Assembly: GCA_018260615.1 (NCBI GenBank)
Contig: JAGWDQ010000110.1
Coordinates: 1 to 29,361 of the forward strand
Length of the DNA: 29,361 bases
DNA from: Candidatus Altarchaeum sp.
Lineage (GTDB): Archaea > Altiarchaeota > Altiarchaeia > Altiarchaeales > Altiarchaeaceae
Reading direction: 5' to 3'
Both the position numbers and the translations under genes were made by a program. Of this stretch, positions 17,670-25,794 are shown piece by piece. Position 1 is the stretch's first letter. Each line of letters starts with the position of its first letter. Below the pieces are notes generated by a model, which saw only the letters and a list, made by a program, of their open reading frames with translations, made no database searches and was not told the origin of the DNA.

Positions 17670-18838
17670 GGTATCCACTTGACTATAAACTTACGATTTG
17701 CTTTTACTTCTCCGAGTTCAAATTTATATTGTGTGTAATTAATAGTATTCTCTTTTGAATATTTTTTTCTATCATTACGCAAAGGTATGGATCCTCCTTC
17801 ATGATACATCTCAATAGATGGTTCCTCCTCAAAATTGTAACCTCGCTCAAAATTTACAACAATTTCAAGATTATCATAGTCGTTTAGTGTCTCCCAGGTA
17901 TATGTGGCGCAATCTACATTTTCCTTGAGAGTTCCATTCTTTAATTGTTCTTTTTTAAATGGAAATACATTATCCGAACTCCATTCCCATCCGTATTTTA
18001 TGGTGGTGCCTTCTGGTATGTTCCCTTCACGACTCTTGAAACAGATGAAAAAATTTATTTTATCATCTGTCGTTTCATCATTTATAACTTCTACTTTGTC
18101 TACGAATATGTTGTCAGGTGACAAAACTCTCGCATAAAATGTTTCATCAAAAAATCTTTTTTTGTCAACAGCATCTGTGTAGTTTAATGATTTCAGTGGT
18201 TTCAGGTTTGTATCTTTAAAAGAGCATTTTTCTAACCAAAATCCTTGTTTTCTACATTTAAACTTATCTGATAATGTCTTAATTGTTACAGTTATTTCTT
18301 CAATTGCATGACCATTGTTATAAATAGTTAATTTTGATATATTATTTATAATTTTATGATATCCTTGAAAGATTGGTTTTTTATAAATGCTTTCTGCATA
18401 TTCTTTTATGCTGTTTCTCAATTTTTTAAGATATCCACCATCTTTATCTTTACCTATTATCTTTGATCTGTCAAATGGTACATAATTGTAATCTCTTGGT
18501 GTCATTCCAAAGTCCATTATATTATTCTCAACAAATATTAAATAGTCCTTATCAAGAGCGACTGCACTACCAATTTCACTGTATATCCACGGAGATGAAA
18601 TACACCCTTTATCAGTTTCGTATTTTTTAGTTAGAATAGCACAAAATATAGAATTTGCACTTATTTTTGGGATAATTTTTTTTATCAGAGAATTCGCTTC
18701 AGGTGATTCAGCATCTTCACATTCAAAATACTTTTTTAATTCATCAACAAACCACTTAATAATTTTTTCATCTTCCTCACTAAAACTATAACTCACAAAT
18801 ATTCCTTTTTTATTATTCTTCTGCAATTCCATAGTCAC
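17663..18838 (-). CDS. TIR-like / nucleoside deoxyribosyltransferase-like N-terminal domain fused to an unrecognised beta-rich C-terminal domain; candidate defence protein
   Basis: GIFVSYS at the N-terminus, IFCAILT, and SPWIYSEIGSAVAL with the Glu at the TIR/NDT catalytic position; 391-aa ORF. Confidence 0.65.
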   Translation of the reverse strand: MTMELQKNNKKGIFVSYSFSEEDEKIIKWFVDELKKYFECEDAESPEANSLIKKIIPKISANSIFCAILTKKYETDKGCISSPWIYSEIGSAVALDKDYLIFVENNIMDFGMTPRDYNYVPFDRSKIIGKDKDGGYLKKLRNSIKEYAESIYKKPIFQGYHKIINNISKLTIYNNGHAIEEITVTIKTLSDKFKCRKQGFWLEKCSFKDTNLKPLKSLNYTDAVDKKRFFDETFYARVLSPDNIFVDKVEVINDETTDDKINFFICFKSREGNIPEGTTIKYGWEWSSDNVFPFKKEQLKNGTLKENVDCATYTWETLNDYDNLEIVVNFERGYNFEEEPSIEMYHEGGSIPLRNDRKKYSKENTINYTQYKFELGEVKANRKFIVKWIPQ

Positions 18839-18983
18839 TATTTAATCAGTCTAATTAATATCCTCCTCCAACCATTTTTCTTTATTTAGCGTATTAAAAT
18901 TATAATTAAATAATTATATTTGTATAAAATTAAAATAAAAAGGAATTAAATTTAAACCATGAATAAATATATTTTGAATACAA

Positions 18984-19562
18984 TCAAAATTTCGGAATAA
19001 CCTCTTTTATAAATTTATACTTTTTAATAAACGGTTTCAAATCATCAAGGCAGTTTCTTAGATGTTGAGCAAGTTCTTCTGTTGCCATCCTTGTTCTTCT
19101 TATTTCAACATGCTCGTAAATCATTGAAAGGTAATCGGAAATTTCAATAATATCGCCTTCAACACTTCCTTTCTTTTTTTCTTTCCATAATTCAATATAT
19201 TTGTATATTCCTTCTATTTCTTTTATGTTTGCCCCGCTAAAAATTTCCTTTGCTATTTCCTCCTTTGCTTTACTTAAATCGGGAAGATACTTTTTGCAGG
19301 GATAAGGAATATCAGTAAGTACTGATTCTTCAATATCGTGAATTAATGCCGCCCTTAAAATTTTTTCTCCGTCAATTTCAAATCCGTTTTTTCTGAATAA
19401 GTCAGTTAGCAGCATTGAAATAACTGCTGTATCCAGGGTATGCTCGGCAACATTCTCAACTTCATTTAATTTGATTCCGCAGGAAATCCATCCGCTCCTC
19501 GGAATATCTCTTAAAATTTTATAATTTCTCAAAAAAGAAAGAAACGTGTGCATATTTTGCAA
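18984..19562 (-). CDS. HD-domain 5'-deoxynucleotidase (YfbR/HDDC2-like)
   Basis: IPRSGW, ENVAEHT, ALIHDIEESVLTDIP and EISDYLSM; true start may be Met4 (19553). Confidence 0.87.
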   Translation of the reverse strand: MQNMHTFLSFLRNYKILRDIPRSGWISCGIKLNEVENVAEHTLDTAVISMLLTDLFRKNGFEIDGEKILRAALIHDIEESVLTDIPYPCKKYLPDLSKAKEEIAKEIFSGANIKEIEGIYKYIELWKEKKKGSVEGDIIEISDYLSMIYEHVEIRRTRMATEELAQHLRNCLDDLKPFIKKYKFIKEVIPKF

Positions 19563-19614
19563 TATCAGGTTTATTTATTTGTTGTTTTATAATATCTGTG
19601 ATTTTCATTAGTTC

Positions 19615-19814
19615 CTCACACCAAGACACATTCACCTCGCTCTTACGCTCACTCCGTTCGTGTATTTCAAACAAGTTTGAAATCACCTCACAATCGTTCG
19701 GAGATTTCAACTTCGTTGAAATGCTCGGAGATTTTCAAAATCTATTGATTTTGAAAAAGACACAAAAGAGATTATACGAATCATACTTGGGTATACTTTG
19801 CGGCTTTGTGTGAG
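19615..19814. repeat. Mosaic palindromic repeat cluster: module D arms enclosing hairpin/linker modules
   Basis: CTCACACCAAGACAC...CTTTGCGGCTTTGTGTGAG arms; inner hairpins ATTTCAAAC-aa-GTTTGAAAT, ATTTCAAC-ttc-GTTGAAAT and TTTTCAAAATC-tatt-GATTTTGAAAA; linkers CACCTCACAATCGTTCGGAG and TCGCTCTTACGCTC. Confidence 0.85.
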
Positions 19815-19842
19815 TATTATTCTAATTTTATTCTATTTATTT

Positions 19843-20706
19843 TTACTTTTTTATCTCTCCGCATTTAACTAATGCATCTATTACTGCCTGTGCCAAATTT
19901 AAGGATGTTCTTGTATGTCCGGATGACCATGACCATACATCTTTTATTCCCGCTAATGACAACACCTTCTTTGTAACTTCTCCGGCAACTAATCCGAGAC
20001 CTCCTGCTGCAGGGACTAATTTAACACTTACACTTCCGCTGGTTCCAACCATTGTAATCGGAATAGTGTGTAACTTTCCGCAGTCACAAAACCAGCTTCC
20101 GCATCCTCTGTTTATTTTTTTAATGTTTAGTTTTGCGGCCCTGACTGCCTGAGCAATTGCTATCGGTACTTCTTTTGCCTTTCCCTGCCCCACTCCAATA
20201 TGCCCGTCTCCGTCACCAACAGCTACAATAACCTTGAACCTCATGACCCGGCCGTTCGTTGTCACTCTTTGTACTCTTTTATTCTCAAGTATTTCCTCAC
20301 CGAGATTCGGCAATAACTTCTCAATAATCTCCGGCTCTTTTATCCTGATATTTTTTTCTAAAATTTCATCTATTGATTTAATTTCACCATTCGCTACTTT
20401 TTTTCCGATTTCTGTTTTTGGCACCCATGCGGTTTTTTCCATATCAAATCTTCTCACTCTTCTTTTAAGGTCAACCACATTTCCTCTGCTTTCTCCTCTA
20501 AATCCACCGCTGCCAAATCCACCTCTTCCTCCGTATCCTCCTCTGCTCCTGCTATCTCCGCTTCTACTGCCACCTGCATATCCCCCTCTACTTCGGCTAT
20601 CTCCGCTTCTACTGCCACCCCCATACCTTCCTCTTGTAACACTCCCGGTAGTACTCCCTGCGGTTGTCTCTGCTTTTTTTTCCGTATTAACACTTGTTTC
20701 TGCCAT
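19843..20706 (-). CDS. rps5: 30S ribosomal protein uS5 (S5) with an RGG-rich N-terminal extension
   Basis: WVPKTEIGKKV, RVQRVTTNGRVMRFK, GKAKEVP, RGCGSW and SSGHTRTSLN. Confidence 0.96.
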   Translation of the reverse strand: MAETSVNTEKKAETTAGSTTGSVTRGRYGGGSRSGDSRSRGGYAGGSRSGDSRSRGGYGGRGGFGSGGFRGESRGNVVDLKRRVRRFDMEKTAWVPKTEIGKKVANGEIKSIDEILEKNIRIKEPEIIEKLLPNLGEEILENKRVQRVTTNGRVMRFKVIVAVGDGDGHIGVGQGKAKEVPIAIAQAVRAAKLNIKKINRGCGSWFCDCGKLHTIPITMVGTSGSVSVKLVPAAGGLGLVAGEVTKKVLSLAGIKDVWSWSSGHTRTSLNLAQAVIDALVKCGEIKK

Positions 20707-20709
20707 TCT

Positions 20710-21219
20710 TTACTTAGAAAATGAATTTTTTATATTATTTAATGTTTGTTCAAAAATTTTAACTGCTGATTCCGATATAGTTCCTCCTTTTAGTCGTTTT
20801 TCATCGGGTAAAATTTCATCAGATAACGGAATCTTCATTCCCGCATCAACAGCACCTTTTCCTGCCGCATAAATTTTACTGCCCTTTACGGACTTTTTGA
20901 TTCCTATATCAAGAATTGCGTCCGTATTTGAAATTTTTATTGCTTTTAATCCGCATAAAAACCCTGTTAAATATGCCGCGGGAGTATTTGAACAGGAAAT
21001 ATTCCACCCCTGTTTCTTTAATTCGTTTGAATTTGCAGAGACTAGAATTTTATCCCCGTCAGGATGAAACTCTACAAGCTGAGTAATAATATATTTATTT
21101 GTCGGCCTGATTACCATCCGGATATTTTTTGATTTTAACAAATTTAATCGTTTTTTATAATTTGTCCTGTTTTCTCTTCTTCGCCTGTATTTTATACTGT
21201 AATTTGTATCTGTTGCCAT
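20710..21219 (-). CDS. rpl18: 50S ribosomal protein uL18
   Basis: YRRRRENRTNYKKRLNLL, NTPAAYLTG and GAVDAG. Confidence 0.95.
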   Translation of the reverse strand: MATDTNYSIKYRRRRENRTNYKKRLNLLKSKNIRMVIRPTNKYIITQLVEFHPDGDKILVSANSNELKKQGWNISCSNTPAAYLTGFLCGLKAIKISNTDAILDIGIKKSVKGSKIYAAGKGAVDAGMKIPLSDEILPDEKRLKGGTISESAVKIFEQTLNNIKNSFSK

Positions 21220-21279
21220 TTTGAAAATTTGAAATTATGTTGTTTTTAAATTTTTAAAAATTTTATTTTTATTTTTACT

Positions 21280-21741
21280 TTATTTTTTCATCCCGGAAAC
21301 ATATTCCTGTAAATGTTTTTTATTCCTGAAAAAATTTCCTTTTGCACGAAGATATAGTGTTCCATAGTCAGAGATATCTATTTCTTTTTTATTGCGCATC
21401 TCTACAAGCACTTTTCTTAATGCCCTTATTTTTGTAATCCATGTTGTTTTCGGATCTGTTCTTGCCTTAAGTGTTCCTTTTCTGTTTCCGTGACCTCTTT
21501 GTCTGCCTTTTGCTCTTTGTATGTCCCTGTGTCTTGCTTTTGCCCTGCACACTCCGTTTTTTTGCTTTATCTCAATGGGTCTTCTCTCTCCGATATTTAC
21601 CTTTACATCAGTAAGTTTTTCCATATCCTTTCTTGTAATTGCCTTCTTTATTTCATCTAACTTTAAAGGATTAAAATATATCCTCTTCTTACCGACACCG
21701 AATAATCTCGCAACTAAATTTTTCTGATTTTTAACATTCAT
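21280..21741 (-). CDS. rpl19e: 50S ribosomal protein eL19
   Basis: QKNLVARLFGVGKKRI, GRQRGHGNRKG, WITKIRALR and LYLRAKGNFF. Confidence 0.93.
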   Translation of the reverse strand: MNVKNQKNLVARLFGVGKKRIYFNPLKLDEIKKAITRKDMEKLTDVKVNIGERRPIEIKQKNGVCRAKARHRDIQRAKGRQRGHGNRKGTLKARTDPKTTWITKIRALRKVLVEMRNKKEIDISDYGTLYLRAKGNFFRNKKHLQEYVSGMKK

Positions 21742-21791
21742 TTTAATTTCAAAAAATTAAATTTATTAAATTTTACAAATTATTTAAATTT

Positions 21792-22427
21792 TTAAATTTC
21801 TCCTTTTCTCGGATTTAATATTACTATGTTTAATTCATTTGCTCTCTTTATAATTTCGTTTCTTTTCTTCCTTCCAACCTGAGAGAATATGATTGCCGCA
21901 TGGGTCTCTTTATTTATATTTTCAAGTTCTTTTGTATTGGCAATATTGACTGTCCAGTATCCGGACGGATGAATCCCTCTGATACTTTCGGGTTTTTTGT
22001 AACCAATCTTAACTAAATGTCCCTGCCCTCTTTTTTCAACCTTCAGCTTGCTGTCTATTCCCCTTGGCTTTCTCCATACCTTATCCAATCGCATAACCAT
22101 CCCGTATTGCTGTCGTAAAAATTTCGGCTTTTTATCTCTTATACGAGCGGCAACTTTAAACAGGTGCTTTTCTTCTCCTTCAAGTTTTCTTTTAACTTTT
22201 ACATTCTTTATTTTTTCTACTGGCTTTGGTTTCTTTCCCTTTTTAATTTTTTTTACAGGTACTTCGGCAGGTAATTCGGATACTTTCTCCTTCTTTACTA
22301 CAGGACTCACTTCTGAAATTTCAGAATGAGGTGATGTGCCTTCTTCCATCATTACCTTTTCCTGCTTTATATCGCCAACATTCCCATCTCCTACATCGCT
22401 TTTATTCTTTTCCGTATTCTCCGCCAT
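21792..22427 (-). CDS. rpl32e: 50S ribosomal protein eL32 with a long N-terminal extension
   Basis: KPKFLRQ, WRKPRGIDSK, RGIHPSG and RNEIIKRA...ILNP. Confidence 0.93.
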   Translation of the reverse strand: MAENTEKNKSDVGDGNVGDIKQEKVMMEEGTSPHSEISEVSPVVKKEKVSELPAEVPVKKIKKGKKPKPVEKIKNVKVKRKLEGEEKHLFKVAARIRDKKPKFLRQQYGMVMRLDKVWRKPRGIDSKLKVEKRGQGHLVKIGYKKPESIRGIHPSGYWTVNIANTKELENINKETHAAIIFSQVGRKKRNEIIKRANELNIVILNPRKGEI

Positions 22428-22482
22428 CTTTTTAAAATGAAAATTTATTAAAATTTATTAATTGTTGATTATTTTACAGGTA

Positions 22483-23016
22483 TTATTTTATCAGTACTCC
22501 ATCCTTTTCAATTATGTATATTCCGTCCTGAAATACCCTCCTGTCTTTGTGTAAAATTTTTCCTGCCCACTCAATATTTGCTGCTGTTTGCGAGACCTTT
22601 TCTATATCCGCTCCTTCAACTGTCAAATCCTTTCCCTTGACCTTCACATCAACACCATCCAGAATTTTTGCTTTTCGCGGTGCTTTTTCACCCAAAAAAT
22701 TTTTAATTACCAGTTCGCTGCCTTTGGACTCAAGTGAAACGGGAAAATGTGAAAAGACCAGTTTTAATTTATAAATCACCTTATTATTTACTCCTTTGAG
22801 CATGTTGTTTATGTGGGAATAGTAAGTATTCAGCAATTTCTTTTCTCTTTTTTTATCTGTCTTTGCAGATATAATTACTTCCCCCTCATTTACATTTATC
22901 TGTAAATCATAAGGATTAAATTTTTTCTCAATAGTGCCAAATTTTCCTTTTACTTTTATTATATCATTTACGATTTCAACATTAGTTCCCTGCGGAATTG
23001 AAATTTTATCTTCCAT
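22483..23016 (-). CDS. rpl6: 50S ribosomal protein uL6
   Basis: KVKGKFG, HINNMLKGV, FSHFP, NFLGEK and DRRVFQDGIYI. Confidence 0.95.
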   Translation of the reverse strand: MEDKISIPQGTNVEIVNDIIKVKGKFGTIEKKFNPYDLQINVNEGEVIISAKTDKKREKKLLNTYYSHINNMLKGVNNKVIYKLKLVFSHFPVSLESKGSELVIKNFLGEKAPRKAKILDGVDVKVKGKDLTVEGADIEKVSQTAANIEWAGKILHKDRRVFQDGIYIIEKDGVLIK

Positions 23017-23050
23017 TTTAAAATTTTGTCAAATAAACGAATGAAATTAA

Positions 23051-23440
23051 TTAGTATATATAAGCCAGTAATGTTCCCCCGAGATTATTCTCTTTTGCTT
23101 CTTTATGGGTCATGATGCCTTTTGAAGTTGAGATAACCAGCAATCCGAAATTCATTGAAGGAAGATATCTCATCTCCCACTGCATAAGAGCACTATTTTT
23201 TGCATAAAATCTTGGCTTTACAACTCCGCAGTTATTTATTCTGTGGGCTAAATTTATTTTTATTTCTCCTCCCGGAACTGTCTCAATAACCTCAAAGTCG
23301 CCGATATAGTTATTCTTCTGAAAAATTTTCAGGACTTCTATTAATAACTTTGATGACGGCCTGATTGCACACCCTTCTTTTCCCAATACTTCATAATTTT
23401 TTATGGTTGATAATGCGTCGTTAAGCGTATCTCTGCTCAT
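23051..23440 (-). CDS. rps8: 30S ribosomal protein uS8
   Basis: DTLNDALSTI, INNCGVVKPR and STSKGIMTHKEA...GGTLLAY. Confidence 0.96.
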   Translation of the reverse strand: MSRDTLNDALSTIKNYEVLGKEGCAIRPSSKLLIEVLKIFQKNNYIGDFEVIETVPGGEIKINLAHRINNCGVVKPRFYAKNSALMQWEMRYLPSMNFGLLVISTSKGIMTHKEAKENNLGGTLLAYIY

Positions 23441-23572
23441 CTTAAAATTTATGTTTTTTATATTTTTTATTAGTTAATTGTTATTATTGTAATTTTTAAA
23501 TTTTCTAATGTTTACTTTTTCTTTCTTTTCGGAGTGTTTTCTTTCTTTTTTAAAGAAAGAAAAGTTCGCTTG

Positions 23573-23597
23573 CGTTAAGCGTATCTCTGCTCATCTT
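23573..23597 (-). repeat. Perfect 25-bp duplicate of the rps8 start region, opening a 14-aa upstream ORF (23550-23594)
   Basis: Identical to 23419-23443; translates MSRDTLNASELFFL*. Confidence 0.85.
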
Positions 23598-23641
23598 GAA
23601 AAATTTATAAATTTTTATTAATCGTATTTTATATTTTTTAT

Positions 23642-23803
23642 TTAACTGTATTTTTTAAATCCGATATTTGTTGCTACTTCTCTAAAGCATCGCCTGCATA
23701 TATTTAATCCGTGCTTATGGATTAGCCCCCTGCTATTTTTACATATTTCACATTTATCCTTTGCAAATTTTTTATTCTGCTTTTGATTTTTGGTTTTTTC
23801 CAT
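23642..23803 (-). CDS. rps14: 30S ribosomal protein uS14 (Zn-binding type), 53 aa
   Basis: Hand-translated [53 protein letters not shown]; CxxC...CRRCFRE motif; expected position between uL5 and uS8; missed by the ORF track. Confidence 0.95.
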   Translation of the reverse strand: MEKTKNQKQNKKFAKDKCEICKNSRGLIHKHGLNICRRCFREVATNIGFKKYS

Positions 23804-23827
23804 TTTTAAGTGAAATGAAATTTTTAT

Positions 23828-24352
23828 TTATTCTTCTTTTGTTATGATACTTACATTAAATTTCTTTGTGATAAAATCCTCTGTTTCTTTACTTTTCACC
23901 CTGTGAGTATTTGAAATTGAGCGTTTTCTCCTTCTTCTCATAATGCTGTAGCCGTTCCTTTCAACTCTTGTACATAAATTCAGCCCGAAATTTCCAATCT
24001 CCATATTATATTTCATTCCGGGAATATCAATATATTCTTTGATTCCGAATGAAAAATTTTCTCCGTCAAAACATGTTGGCTTAACCTTCCTGTCTGCTGC
24101 TTCAAGACATTTTCGTAACATTTCTTCCGCCTCTTTCCCCCGTAATGTTACTTTTACGCCGATTGCTTCGTTCTTTTTAAGATTCCATGTGGGGATTCTT
24201 TTCCTGCTTATGGTCTTTACAAACTTTCTTTTTGTAAGCATATTAAGTAATTTTCCTGCTTTTTCTACCCTCTCGCCAGCCTGCCCGACACCAATATTAA
24301 GCACAACCTTTTCTATTTTCAGGTCTCTCATTGGATTTTGTTGTGTGTCCAT
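23828..24352 (-). CDS. rpl5: 50S ribosomal protein uL5
   Basis: NPMRDLKIEKVVLNIGVG, GVKVTLRG and NFSFGIKEYIDIPG. Confidence 0.96.
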   Translation of the reverse strand: MDTQQNPMRDLKIEKVVLNIGVGQAGERVEKAGKLLNMLTKRKFVKTISRKRIPTWNLKKNEAIGVKVTLRGKEAEEMLRKCLEAADRKVKPTCFDGENFSFGIKEYIDIPGMKYNMEIGNFGLNLCTRVERNGYSIMRRRRKRSISNTHRVKSKETEDFITKKFNVSIITKEE

Positions 24353-24363
24353 ATTATAAGTTA

Positions 24364-24394
24364 TTTAAGTAATAAATTTAAGTAATAAATTTAA
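24364..24394. repeat. 13-bp tandem repeat x2 upstream of the rpl5 start
   Basis: TTTAAGTAATAAA at 24364 and 24377. Confidence 0.7.
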
Positions 24395-24402
24395 AAATTT
24401 AA

Positions 24403-25110
24403 TTATTTGGTTTGTATTAACGGCTCTTCTTTGCCAATAACCAGCACATAGTCAGTTGATGTTTTAATATCTCCTACCTTTGTTGTTGAAAGAATGTCTT
24501 TGGTTCCCTTATCTATACGGGTAATTTTTCCTGTATTTCCTTTGTTTCTGCCTTGTGTTATCAAGACAGCCGCTCCTTCTTTGAATTTTAAAATTTCCCT
24601 GACTGCTCTCTTTTTTGCAGAAATGTCAAAAACAATCGTATCTTTTGTATTTATACCCTTATTTTCATCTTTATTAACCGAAAAAATATAACCATCACCC
24701 GTGGAAATCTGGATTTTGCCGTCTTTTATAACCTGTTTTTCAGTAACCTTTGCCAATTTAATTTTTGCACCATCTTCACTTATTTCTTTCGGGGATAAAT
24801 TTTTTGATTTTGTGGTTGAAGGCATCATCAGGTAATGCTTATTTATTTTTGGAAATGAAAGGACATCCATAAGACCAATCCCGAAATTTCCGTCTTTTAT
24901 TACTCTGCCATCTACAACTACATTCCCTTCCCGCAAAATTTTATCTGTTTCTCTGCTATTGTCTGCAAATTTTAACAAGTCCCTGATTACATAAGTCAAT
25001 GCGTAGGACTCATACTTTTTGTGTGGCCCTCTTGGCGTTACTAATTTTTTAGGATACTTGCCTAATCCAACCGCGATACGTTTTATGGTCATTTTATGAG
25101 GTATTTTCAT
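24403..25110 (-). CDS. rps4e: 30S ribosomal protein eS4
   Basis: PRGPHK, VVVDGRVIKD...GLMDVLS and GRNKGNTGKI; position between uL24 and uL5. Confidence 0.93.
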   Translation of the reverse strand: MKIPHKMTIKRIAVGLGKYPKKLVTPRGPHKKYESYALTYVIRDLLKFADNSRETDKILREGNVVVDGRVIKDGNFGIGLMDVLSFPKINKHYLMMPSTTKSKNLSPKEISEDGAKIKLAKVTEKQVIKDGKIQISTGDGYIFSVNKDENKGINTKDTIVFDISAKKRAVREILKFKEGAAVLITQGRNKGNTGKITRIDKGTKDILSTTKVGDIKTSTDYVLVIGKEEPLIQTK

Positions 25111-25132
25111 GAGGTATTTTAAATTTTTAAAT

Positions 25133-25528
25133 TTATTTTTTTGCTTCGGATTTTACTTCCGGCGATGTTCTTGATAAAATTTCCCTTCGCATTCTGTCTT
25201 CCAGATACATATCAGTGAGCATACAATTTGAAGGGTGAATCGGAACAAGTGCATCCTTTCCGTTACTCTTTCTGACAGTGATTCCGTTTATGTAAATTTT
25301 ATATTTTTTCGTATCTACTTTCGTAACTTCCCCTTCTTTTCCTTTATAGTCCCCCCTCATTATTTTTACAGTATCCTTCTTCCTGATAGGAAGTGATCTG
25401 CGGTCATATTTATTACTTAATTCTTCACTTAAATGTCCTGCGAGCATTCTGTGTCTCACATGTAATGAGGCATTGTATAAAAATTTCCTCTGCTTTCTCG
25501 GCTTGCTGCTCTTTATTGCTGTTACCAT
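25133..25528 (-). CDS. rpl24: 50S ribosomal protein uL24
   Basis: SSKPRKQRKFLYNASLH, DTVKIMRGDYKG and PIHPSN. Confidence 0.96.
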   Translation of the reverse strand: MVTAIKSSKPRKQRKFLYNASLHVRHRMLAGHLSEELSNKYDRRSLPIRKKDTVKIMRGDYKGKEGEVTKVDTKKYKIYINGITVRKSNGKDALVPIHPSNCMLTDMYLEDRMRREILSRTSPEVKSEAKK

Positions 25529-25689
25529 CTTTAAATGCTTGTTGAATTTTAAATCTTTAAATAAAATTTAATTTTGTTAATAAAATAAAATTGGGTTTAA
25601 TAATTAGAGGTATAAATTAAAAAGGTTAATAAAATTTTCACTTTTTCAAAGAAATAAAAAAATACTTTTAAATTTTTTCAAAAATTTTA

Positions 25690-25773
25690 TGCGGGAGAAG
25701 GGATTTGAACCCTCGAAGGCTTACGCACACAGGATCTTAAGTCCTGCCCCGTTGACCGCTTGGGTACCCCCGC
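25690..25773 (-). tRNA. tRNA-Leu(UAA)
   Basis: Reverse complement folds as a cloverleaf: acceptor GCGGGGG/TTCCCGC region with discriminator A, anticodon arm CAGGA-CTTAAGA-TCCTG, long variable arm, GTTCAAATC T-loop; no encoded CCA, no intron. Confidence 0.95.
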
Positions 25774-25794
25774 AATTTGTTTTTATCTTATTTT

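Noticed and set aside
17663-19562. HD nucleotidase plus TIR-like gene as a two-gene defence operon
   Set aside because: The HD gene looks like a housekeeping YfbR-type enzyme, and the duplicated 3' end shows it served as the insertion target; a functional link is not supported by sequence alone.
20234-20872. 212-aa Pro/Leu-rich plus-strand ORF
   Set aside because: Antisense shadow of rps5 and rpl18; its composition mirrors the RGG codons.
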